Positions 1 to 10,188 of a DNA stretch of 32,285 bases are shown piece after piece. The DNA comes from Atractiella rhizophila (taxonomy: Eukaryota). A program made the translations under genes and the position numbers. The stretch spans positions 1-32,285 of the forward strand of contig MU271685.1 in assembly GCA_021432655.1 (NCBI GenBank), read 5' to 3'. The notes beneath the pieces are model-generated. The model saw only the letters and a list, made by a program, of their open reading frames with translations. It did no database searches and was not told where the DNA came from. Position 1 is the stretch's first letter. Each line of letters opens with the position of its first letter.

Positions 1-2
1 GC

Positions 3-58
3 CTGCCAGGGGAGAACCCACATTACCCAAAGCCATTCTCAACAAAGAAACGGCTCAC
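3..58 (-). other. Probable spliceosomal intron of a minus-strand gene truncated by the window start
   Basis: Minus strand reads GTGAGC...GGTAAT...CTGGCAG, 56 nt, a typical intron size here. The flanking exon (59-112) and the product cannot be identified. Confidence 0.35.
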
Positions 59-745
59 CGCAGGACTGGTTTGGCTCTCCACGCTCCATCAAGTATCCCC
101 TGAACCTCTAAGCTATAGCGAGACGTGCGTAATCATCAGCTGGATGAGGTGAAAGGAAGAGCAGATGAAACGAAAGACAAAAGGTCAAGGCAAGCAAACA
201 ATAACAAAGCAAAGTTCAGCAGGATCTAGATCCAGATCTCGATCAAAGTTCCGTCCGAAACTTTGAAAATAAACCTTACTGTAAACATCTTTCGACCATG
301 CTTCATCACAAATTTGCTGGTTGCGCTCAGTTACCAAGAAGCGTCGTCAGCGGATGAAGGATACACAGATGGAGATCGTGTATTGGCAGATCAAATGTGA
401 GTTATCGAAGCTGAATAAGACTCGAATTAGGATTTATCAATACTGGACCAAAGCACAATCAACTAAACCCCATGAAAACATTGTTGGAATTGACCTAGCA
501 TCCCATAGCAGACATTCACCTATTATTACCAAAAGCAATTAAGAAAATAATACTAATTAGTTCTCGAAATTGTGTACAGCTGTTACCATGATTGAATGGA
601 TTGGCATTATGGAAGACCACTCATAGCTCACGCACTTATGTACAGCGGATGAGCATGTAACAGCATAAGGATACGAGAATGGTGGTATACCCAAGATCCG
701 CAAGTTGGTTGAATGGCAAAGTGCGCTGATAGCTTCGAATTCTGT

Positions 746-1336
746 CTAATCTTCGAACATCACTTGATTGATCAGGCCAAGGGGCAAATCATGCGTGGGT
801 GGAATTCCCCCTCTTTGTAGCAGTTTCACATCTTCAACAAGCTCGTCAAAAGAAGGAATCACCGCATGGCAGTCTGTTTCACCCCATGCATCAGCTGAAC
901 CACTTTCGTGAGCAAGAAATGGAAAAACGAACCCGTGACTGTGCATATATCGTCAATAGCGGGAGTATGCATGATGTTGATGCCCAAGTACCAAACATAT
1001 ACCATCCCAAAAAAGACGACCGTCCATGACGGAATCAGCAAAGCCCATTCCCGAGAAGGATAATATTCGATACCCAGGCTTCTGAGGAAAGAGTCAGGAG
1101 CAAAGGCCCAGAAAAGGTAGAGGTAGAATAGGGACAGTGAAGCGAGGTAGATGAAGAAACCGAGTGATTCGGTGCGTAAAGATTCGAGGGAACGAGGAGG
1201 ACGTGGATGGGGACGTGTCGAGGGGATTGTGCGTGGCGGTGGCTCGAAGAAGGAGAATGAACTGGAGGTCGAGGGCGAGGGATCCGAGCCGTAATCCCTC
1301 TCAATCGATGGTGTAGAGGAACGAGGAATTCTTCGT
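746..1336 (-). CDS. GPI19: GPI-GlcNAc transferase subunit PIG-P/Gpi19 (5' end uncertain; possible first exon 1601-1573)
   Basis: Exons 1336-933 and 873-746 (59-nt GTTCGT..GCTGAT..CAG intron) translate to ...ESLGFFIYLASLSLFYLYLFWAFAPDSFLRSLGIEYYPSREWALLIPSWTVVFFGMVYVWYLGINIMHTPAIDDICTVTD...IPPTHDLPLGLINQVMF. This matches the PIG-P pattern: two TM helices, the LGIxYYPxRxWAL motif and the DLPxG tail. Confidence 0.88.
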
Positions 1337-2096
1337 CTGTAAAAACTGGTTAATGAATTGGACAGAAAAACGTCTCAACAGTAAAAAAGAATGCGGACAC
1401 AGCTCCTGATTGTGCTAAGGATGTAGAAGATTGCTTTTGAAAGTAATGTTAACCCCATATCTACTAAACTGGACAAAATTAATGCTAGTATGGTTCCGTA
1501 TTTGAGTAAGGATTTCATCGCAACTTGTAGAATCATCTAAAGCAGGACTCGCAAGTTGTCAATGGAACACACCTTTGCTTTCGAAGCTTCAAGGCACTCA
1601 TGCCTCCGGCATTTAACACCCAATTACAAAGTCTCTAGGTCGTGACTCCACGCTTAGGAATCCACAAGCAAATTGTAAGTGAGGAAGGGGATGGTGGGAG
1701 GATGTCATTTCAAGTGCTGCAAAAATGCCGTCCTAGCCCTCACGTGATCAAATGGAAGGATTTGAGGGCAGCATATCATGGATGGGTATTCGCTGTAATA
1801 AATAAGTAACGCATATATTTGGACGAGTTACGTGTACTTCGAACGATCCAACGAGGTCAAAAGGTCAAAGAAGGGTGATCAAAGGAAAAAGTAAGGGATG
1901 GTATCGTATGATCACAACGAAGACAATTATACAGTGTCTGATTATCGAAGGAGGGGGGAATAACGATCGGAAGAAGGAGAGGGGAGAGAGTAGAGGAGAG
2001 TATAAGTGAGCGAGATCGCGAGGGAGGAGGAAGGAAGGAGCGAAGGAGAAACAGGTGCGAGACAAGTCCAAGACAGAATTCGCTTCATGCTCATAA

Positions 2097-4218
2097 TCAG
2101 AGCAAAGCCATCAATGCAGCCACAGCAGCAGAAACCATCATCCCAACTCCAGTCTTAGACGCCGCCGAATTCCCACCATTATCGCTGCTAGATCCCCCAT
2201 TGCTCCCACTTCCACTTCCACTTCCACTACCACTGCCGCTGCCACTGCCACTACCGCTTCCACTGCCGCTTCCACTACCACTTCCACTTCCACTTCCACT
2301 TCCACTGTCGCCCGATCCGGACGTGACGCTTCCACCACCATCATTAGCCGTTCCATCAGTTCCAGGCAACTTGGACCCGTCGAGGGATCCGCTCTTGGGT
2401 TGAACGGCGCGAGCGAAGCCGATGGAGTGGGACGAGGTAGAGTTGTAGTTGAAAACGGTGTACCAGTTCTTCATGAAGGTGTCACCTACGATGGCGAGCG
2501 GCGTTCCGTCGGCGTCTTGAGCCTGCGTTGAGGGTAACATTAATATTTAGGGACGATGAGTGGAGTGATGGAGCAGAGTCGGAGGAGAATGAGACTTACG
2601 TCTGTAGCGGCGAGGAGGACACCACATTGGTCACCGTCGCTTCCGACGAAGAGGTCAAGCGGAGCGACATCTGCCATCGGATCACGACGCAAGGTCAATC
2701 AACTCACTCACACCAGAATAAAAATAAACGAGAGGAGGAGGCTTACCGTAGACCTGTCCGCTGAACTCGAATCCAAACTTCATCGTCGCCAAATCCGCAC
2801 AAGTTACGACCAGAACATACGCGCCGGACCCAATGCCAGCAGACTGAATCTGAGCTCCGATTCCATCTGCATAAGCCTGGATGACGGAAGGGGGTAGGGA
2901 GATGATGGATGATCCGGAGTCGATGAGAGCCTTGTGAGCTGTTCCAGCGATCGTTTTGCCTTTATAGGTGAGACCGGCACAGTCTACCGCCCAATAATAG
3001 TCGCTCGTGACGGTGGCGAAGTTGAATGAGCCGGTGTAGTGTTGACTGTTCCTACATCCGATGCAGAGCTCTCCACCGGTCGGGTCGGTGTCATCGCTCG
3101 TTGCGTTCTCGTCCACATTCAAGATCCGGTTCTGGAGGGTATAGTCCCGCTCGAGGAAGATACCGTAGTAGTTGTTGTCCAAGGTACCGCCGTTACCTGC
3201 GATCAGGTTCTCCATGAAGGTCGTCTGTTGGTTGTTCGCTAGACGGGTGAATCCTAGACCGATCAGACCGTCTTCGATTTGTGCTTCCAGACGCGTGGTC
3301 GTGAAGGAGGCGATGGAGAAACCGCTGGAGGGGATGGAGAAGCCGCCGATGGAGAGGGTATCTTGGGCGACGAAACCGGACGTTGTATCGCCTTCACGAT
3401 ATCAAACATTACATGATAGTGAAAGAGATGGAGGAGAATGAGAAACACACCATCACCATAAGTTACAGACCTGGAGGAAGAGGTAAGCAAAATATCAAGG
3501 AAGATGAAGTGAAGAGAACAAACCAAGGAACTGTTGATCCTCGATAGGTCGAAGAAGCAGACGTTTGGAATCGAGGGTGGACGGTTGTCTATGCCCAGCC
3601 GCTTGATCCCTCCTCCAAGTCCACAGGACGGAGAAAATACGCACGTTAGCATCCGGTCCATCTGTTCAGTTCAAATTTCAGGATGAGCGGTCAACGCCTC
3701 CTTCGAGAATACGAGGGATGGCACTCACAGACCCACAGATCTGCAGATCCAGCTGCATGGCAGGCTCTAGTCAGCGGAATCGAAGAAGCAGGATGGGACG
3801 GAGCGCATACTGTCGAACTGCCAGCCAGTTCAGCTCTGGACTTCGGATTTCGAAAGAGAGAATAGTAGAGACAAACCTGAAGAAGGAAGCTCTGCCCAGG
3901 AGTTCCTAGCTCTATAGTGCCGAGGTAGATTCCATCGAGCGGCGCACCTGTTGCGTGCAGCGTGAAATTCAGCATGTGTTGCCGTTGCGAAGCAGGATAG
4001 CAAATTCAAGGGAATTCTTGATTGTGGTGGAATCTTTGGCACTCACCGTTAGAGAAGGCCTCGTTTCCGTCAGCCCTCTTCCAGAGACTTTTGCCCTCTT
4101 CCCTCGCCCTGATCCTGTTCTGATTCTCTTCCGAGTTCTTGACCCTGCGCGTCAACGAGACGGTGTTGAGCGCTGACACTGCGTTGGACGCTGCGAGGAC
4201 ATATAGTATATTGTTCAT
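2097..4218 (-). CDS. Secreted, probably GPI-anchored pepsin-family (A1) aspartic protease, ~505 aa, 10 exons
   Basis: Exons 4218-4047, 3947-3877, 3817-3811, 3752-3729, 3661-3645, 3588-3524, 3470-3451, 3391-2747, 2670-2600 and 2522-2097 splice in frame. Motifs: signal peptide, LWKR propeptide site, YLGTIELGTPGQ, FDTGSADLWV, YGDG flap, DGLIGLGF, LIDSGSS, IVGDTFMKNWYTVF, a Gly-Ser stalk and a hydrophobic C-terminus. Confidence 0.93.
2203..2307 (-). repeat. Hexanucleotide coding repeat encoding about 17 Gly-Ser dipeptides (protease stalk)
   Basis: Plus strand has CCACTT/CCACTA/CCGCTG variants in tandem; the minus-strand translation is GSGSGS... Confidence 0.95.
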
Positions 4219-4589
4219 GACAGGATGGTGGTTGTTGTGAAAAGGAAGGAAAGGAGCGAAGAGAACGTGGCGGAGGGACTTGGTTTTTGTGCTCGAGTGA
4301 GGAGGCTTGGCGAAATTCGATACCGCAGACCCACATCTTGCCTCTTCAAGAAGTGGCCGACATGCCGTGTCGGCATTTCAAATGTGAAATGTCAATTTCC
4401 CGCGGTACTAGCGGATATTCCATGACTCATGCTCACATGCACTAACATCAACAACCGATCTCCAAACTTCTTCGGGCCTCCAATCGACTCAGCTCCACCT
4501 TCTTTCGCGTCGGAAGCTCACATCAGCGCGCATCAGCATAGGGGCTCATAAGCTCCCCTTCTGCCCCTCACAAAGTAAAAGGTCGACAA

Positions 4590-6822
4590 ATGACCACTTC
4601 CACGCTGACGGCCACCGCATCTCCAGCTTCTTCAAGCCTGTCGCTCCGTCCCAGGCACAACTCCATACTTTCCTGGCACTATTCCCAGCTCGACTATGGT
4701 GTACACCTCCCTCCTTCGATAAGAGGGACAGCGGACGAGCTGTTTGCGCTCAGAGTTTACATCGATCTCCCGGATGCGGGATTTGAAGAGGCGAAGGTAG
4801 TGATATGGACGTTGGACGATTTGGAGCATAAGGACCTCGTTTGTCTTCTTCTTCTTTTACCTATTTGCTTCGAATAAGAGCACTAAGACGCAATTGGTGT
4901 AGGCAATCGAACAAGTCCACGGCTGGCCTGCGGACTTTGAGTCTTCATCAAAATATAATCCTTCTCCCACACAGACGTCGTCAACGGCATCTTCTAGCTC
5001 ATCTACACTCAATCCGCATAGTCTCCTCGCCATCCATTTGACCATGTACTTCCCTCCCGCCAAAGTCTACGACTCCGACTCCGTGCCTGAAGAAGTCTAC
5101 ATCTCCCATCGTCCGCCGACACCGGGACGACATCGTCAGCTGTATTCTGACATTCACACTCTTTCTGGCGAAAACAATGGAAGCAAGGTGATCACTGTAG
5201 GATATTTCAAGAGGTTGAATTGGCCGTCGTCGAAGCGGAAAGAACGAGGGGTAGCCTCTTCTTCCGCTCTCACGACCCACACCATCCGATTAGAACGTTT
5301 ACGTCCCTCTCTCCCTCTCTCCTCCTACTTCTCCCCCTCCCCCCTCTCATCCCACCGAAAACGTCCCTATTCCCTTCTTCCATCCTCCTCCCCATCCCAC
5401 CACTCCACATCAGTCTTCGCCGACAGGGGCACACGCGAACTAAACTACGACGTCCTCACCCTCATCCTCACCCACCTACTCGGTCCAGCAGAATACCCAC
5501 ACCACCTAATCTTCGTCGGCCACCGCTCCTCCCTCCTCTCCTGTTCTCGGGTCTCCAAACTCTGGCGATCCGCTTCCCTCTCCCTCCTCTTCTCCACCCA
5601 ATTCGGTCGACGGAGCGACACCTCCCGTCTCCCCTCCGGCGTCGGCCTGTACAAGCTTTTGAAAAGGGATCGCTCCGGATTGGGAGTGAGCGGAGGTGCG
5701 GAGTCGGGGTTGGGAGTGGGTTTTGGAGTGCGACTGAGCGCTTTCAGTATGTTTAAGACGAGGGATTTGCCGAGTTTGGCGCTGTCGATGTGGAGGAGGG
5801 AAGAGGAGAATGCGAGGGGTGAGAAGGCGTTGGATAAGATCCTTTGTGGGATTTTGAGGGAGGCAAAGGACGGTTTGAGGTATTGGCATTCTTGTGCGCC
5901 GTCGGAGGGCGGATGGAAAACGTTTAGGAGGAGGATGATCGATTGTGAAGGATTGGTTTCGGTGTGCATTGAGAGGAGGGGAAGCGGGAAGAATATGGTC
6001 TTGCCTGAGGCGGCGGAGGTGGTGGAGTTGGTGGAAGGTTTGGGGGAGTGCAGACACTTTGCATGGACGGCTGGATTCTCTTCTTCGTCTTCGTCGTCCT
6101 TTGAGGAGATGAAAGATGTTGAGAAGGTGGGAGAAAGGAAAGGAGGGAAGCTAGAACAACTCATCCTTCTACATCAAAATTTCCCTTCCATACCCCTCCC
6201 TCTCGATCTCCGAACACAGACCCACCTAACCGACCTTCGACTGTCCTGGTTCTCCCTCCCCCTCCTTTCCCTCTCCCACTTACACAACCTCCTCTTCCTC
6301 CAACTACACGACTGTCTCCTCCTCCCTCCTCCTCCAACCTCCACAGGATCATCCCGGATCCCTACAGGCAGTTCGGAACCTCAGAAACTGGCACACCTCC
6401 TCCGCTCCCTCCCAAACTTGACCTCCCTCTCCCTCCGTGGCCCAACCGCAGACTCCTCCCTACTCCTCTACCCCCACCCATCCCTCCAAAAAGTACAACT
6501 AGAATGGTCAGACTCGGTCCATCCAAACGAGATCCGCGCTTTCCTCCTCTCTCCCTCCTCCACTCCGTCCACTTTAGTGTGTCAGACGGACATGGACGTG
6601 AATGGACGTAGGAATGAAAGTGAAAGTGGAGGTGGTTGTGGAGAACAGTTGATGCGGTTGAAGGAGCTGTGGATTGAAGAGATGTTTGGAGATGCGGAGA
6701 GCGGGACGTGGGACGAGTTGCGCTTGTTGGCGGAGAGGAGGGGGACGGTGTTGGTTGTTGGGAGGGAGTTGGAGGGAAAGGGTGGGAGGATGAAGAAACC
6801 GCCTTGGGCGGCGAAGGATTGA
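4590..6822 (+). CDS. F-box-like / LRR-like protein (2 exons, ~720 aa)
   Basis: Exon 4590-4838 joins exon 4903-6822 in frame (GTTTGT..CTAAG..TAG intron). F-box-like segment ELNYDVLTLILTHL...LLSCSRVSKLWRSASLSLLF, followed by Leu-rich LxxLxL segments (LTDLRLS, LPNLTSLSL, LKELWI). Confidence 0.7.
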
Positions 6823-7119
6823 TAGAGATCCGCGCTTTCCTCCTCTCTCCCTCCTCCACTCCGTCCACTTTAGTGTGTCAGACGGACATGGACGTGAATG
6901 GACGTAGGAATGAAAGTGAAAGTGGAGGTGGTTGTGGAGAACAGTTGATGCGGTTGAAGGAGCTGTGGATCGAAGAGATGTTTGGAGATGCGGAGAGCGG
7001 GACCTGGGACGAGTTGCGCTTGTTGGCGGAGAGGAGGGGAACGGTGTTGGTTGTTGGGAGGGAGTTGGAGGGAAAGGGTGGGAGGATGAAGAAACCGCCT
7101 TGGGCGGCGAAGGATTGAT
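6529..7119 (+). repeat. Tandem duplication of the last 295 bp of the F-box gene (6529-6823 and 6825-7119)
   Basis: Direct alignment shows 3 substitutions (6675/6971, 6708/7004, 6744/7040) and a single extra A at 6824 between the copies. Confidence 0.97.
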
Positions 7120-7426
7120 CAGACTCAGAGGATTGCCTACATGGCGCGTAAGATATGATACCCTATGAGAAGGGTTTGATACTCAATACCAGTTATAGCT
7201 TGATAATTTTTCTTTGCCGTACCAAAAGCTTGTTTCATATGTTGTTTGTTGCAAGTGCCACTTCATTTGTTGTTGCTTCGTTCCGTCACACTTTTGCCTA
7301 AAAACAAAATAATTCCCAAATATACCAATACTATCCAACATTGTTCAATTCACACGATATTAAACAGGGTATCCGTATTGAAGCTGTCTTGTTGTCTTGT
7401 TGATACAACTATAACGATCCACACTT

Positions 7427-8507
7427 CTAAGAAACACAGCAATCCCCATCCTTCTTTCCCTTCCCCAGCAACTTTGACTTCTCCGCCTGCATGGTGGCCC
7501 ACCTCACCTTCTCCTCCTCGCTCAGTACCCTTTCCCCAATCTACTCAGAACGCGTAACCGACAGGGTTAACAGTCCGTCGTTGGGGAGACACCCACCCTA
7601 ATTCTGCCTTCCTCGACAAAGCCTTGTACGCCGAAGCTGCCTCAGATTTGACATGCTTCTTCACTGCACGGTTCTCTGGAGATAAGGAGGATAGTGGAGA
7701 GGGTTTCGACGAGGGAGACCTTGGAGCCGAAGACGTGGTTGTTGAAGCGGAAGTTGGAGTGGAGAGAGATGTAGATGCGGAGACGGAGGGAGACGGTTTG
7801 GAAGACGTTGATGGAGGTTTGGCGGAGGACTTCGAAGAAGAGGGTAGCTTCGAAGCCGCAGCTCGTTTCATGGCTGCTAAGCCAGCAGCGCTCATCTGAC
7901 GCGGTCCAGTGGCCGCAGATGATGTCGATCCGTTGCTCTTAGACGCGGACGTCGAGGCGAGGGAAACGCAGTTGTGGTCCTTGGCAAAACGGTGCGAGAT
8001 GCAATATCTCTCTCCACATCCGTTGCACAAGATGCCATCTGTCCCAGCGATGAATTTCTTGTTGCATCCTTTCAAACGGCAAGTCCGCAACGATTTCGCA
8101 GGAGCGCCAGAGGATGGAAAGAGGATCGGACATAGAGAGTCGAGGTGACGAGACATGGGGACGTTGGGATCTTCAGACGGGGAAGAGAGTGGAATCGGCG
8201 CGTGGCATAGTGGGCATTCGGGAGCTCGAAACTGCGTTAACGAGCGGTCAGCACACCAACCCATTTACTTAATTGCAAGGCAAGAATCACTCACATCGTC
8301 GCCAGCTCCAGCTTTCGGACAGTCATGATCCCCCACTTTCCAATGCTCGGCACAGAAATTCTTCTCGCACTTGTTACATTTGAAAGGTAAGAAATCGAGC
8401 TGGTTACACGACTCCAACGTGCAATGCTGCCCAATCTCAATCATTTCGTCCCTGTCCAAGTTCGGAAGCTCAGAGAGCTTGGTCTTCTGCATGAAATTCG
8501 ACACCAT
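7427..8507 (-). CDS. AN1-type zinc finger protein (AIRAP/ZFAND2/Cuz1-like), two AN1 fingers, C-terminal CaaX
   Basis: Exons 8507-8295, 8231-7597 and 7529-7427. IGQHCTLESCNQLDFLPFKCNKCEKNFCAEHWKVGDHDC (AN1); CPLC...PNVPMSRHLDSLC; CRLKGC...CNGCGERYCISHRFAKDHNC (AN1); ends GKGKKDGDCCVS*. Confidence 0.9.
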
Positions 8508-8671
8508 GATTTCCTCTTCACGTTGTTCGCGAGTTCGATGTTTCGATTTGGTGTACCTGCTAGGTTAGTATAGAACAGGGGAAAGATACCCTTTTATGAG
8601 AGGAAAAGACGCGTCAGATACCAAGGCTTGCGAGTCGTGGTGAGTGAATGACAAAGCGTGGAACCCCGGTT

Positions 8672-8691
8672 GTTCGCGAACAATAGAGAAC
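8672..8691. promoter_or_regulatory. Gap-type heat-shock element upstream of the AN1 gene (second copy at 10354-10373)
   Basis: GTTCG CGAAC AATAG AGAAC fits nTTCn-nGAAn-(5 bp)-nGAAn and lies ~165 bp upstream of the ATG. The pentamers are retained in both duplicate copies. Confidence 0.6.
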
Positions 8692-9657
8692 TTTGTCTTT
8701 GTCAGTTCTGTTACACTCGAGCTCAATAACGCGCTCAGGATCAGCTCCAGCGACTGCTGCGAAACAGAAGGGGTAGAGGCTTGTTAATATTATCGAACAT
8801 GAAAGTGGGATTATCGGCGCAGTGGGGTTGGGGTTGAGGTAAGGAGGTCAACATCTGGTTGACATCGCATCAAGAAGAGTTGGGAACATTGAATTATATT
8901 ATTGAGGGAGCAAGGAGCAGCAAGGCTGCTGAGTGGATCGTTTGGTTCGCGTTTCTTTGGTGTTCAATGTCGCAATAGAAAGGTTGCGCTATGGACCATG
9001 GGCAAAAAAGCCTGCTGTTATTGTTCTTGACAAGTTTGCACATTTCCGCTAGCTTGAAAGCCTCAACTCCTCTGGAGCTTGGAGGCTCCATGCTTGCTCA
9101 TCGATGGCCACGGGTCTCGTCAACGCGGCAAATTGTCATAGTATCCATTGCTTCAGGTTCAACTTCCCTTGGACATTTCCAAGCAAAGGAGCTCAACTGC
9201 CCCATTGCAAAAGAAGGTGGCAAAGGACGCAAGAACCGCCTTCTCATGCCTTGTTCTTTATGATTTCGAGAGTCGCGACACACAGTCAATCTGTAATAAG
9301 TCGAGCAACTCTGAGCAACTGCTCGATAAAGTGTAACACTATCACTTTCCTGCTCTTGGCACTTCTGATAACAGGCGTGCTCTCTTGCGACTTTCAAGCA
9401 AGAAAGGTAGTGGAACTGTTTGAGTGCCAGTTAAATGCCTTTGTACGTACAGCAGGCAAGCAACAGATTGTGTATTGCTACCCCGAATACATCAGAGTCC
9501 CAAACAAGGTATGAAGTTCTGTAGAGCAGGAGATATCTGTGCACGATGGCCAAATTGCAAACTTTGGTTTGTTACATACATGCAGGACCATCTGACTTTC
9601 GATGACCATTCCATCCGCACTCTTTCATTCTTTGATAATACATTCCAAATTATCGTT

Positions 9658-10188
9658 TCAACACCCTTGACCAACAGGCGCGAGGTTTCCGTTGCAGCAG
9701 GCGTAGAGAGAAGGTTGGTAGCAAGCACCACCACATTGATAGTTTCCAGCAGGGCAGAGCACGTTATTCGGCGAGCAAGTGTATTGAGAGGACGTGAATC
9801 CTGCTCCGGCGCAGAAGCAGAGGTTGGATGCGCTAGCTAAAGCTCCGTTCGAGCAGCATTGAGAGGAAGGATTGTAGCAGCTGCCGTTGCACCAATGTTG
9901 ACCGGAGGGGCAGACGTGTCCGTTGTCGCAGACTGTTCTCACATGGTAAGCTAACCTCGAAGAGAGAAAATAACCAATAATACCTTGAGACGAGGTGTAG
10001 CTAACGCCATTGCAAGTCCCAGCAGCTCCTCCTCCTCCTCCTCCTCCACCGCCACTGCTGCCACCACCTGGCGCAGTACCGAAATTACACGACTCCAACG
10101 TGCAATGCTGCCCAATCTCAATCATTTCGTCCCTGTCCAAGTTCGGAAGCTCAGAGAGCTTGGTCTTCTGCATGAAATTCGACACCAT
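9658..10188 (-). other. Chimeric ORF at the duplication junction: AN1 N-terminal 35 aa fused in frame to the Gly linker and CBM52-like modules
   Basis: MVSNF...CTLESCN|FGTAPGGGSSGG...CYQPSLYACCNGNL. It exists only if the duplication is real rather than an assembly artefact. Confidence 0.35.

Noticed and set aside
59..542. Chain of possible minus-strand exons, and the plus ORF 321-542
   Set aside because: Several splice combinations are possible, none gives a recognisable protein, and they could be UTR introns.
2138..2403. ORFs with poly-(LP) and poly-(VE) tracts
   Set aside because: Alternative-frame and antisense readings of the Gly-Ser repeat in the protease.
5445..6164. 239-aa antisense ORF within the F-box gene
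   Set aside because: A shadow frame favoured by the skewed composition; no domain features.
6708..7118. 136-aa ORF repeating the F-box C-terminus
   Set aside because: By-product of the 295-bp duplication; it starts at a non-ATG codon in an alternate frame.
8894..9514. Overlapping short ORFs in the middle of the duplicated segment (also 10659-11168)
   Set aside because: Between copies no frame shows consistent synonymous bias, stops and indels differ, and there is no recognisable transposon or gene motif.
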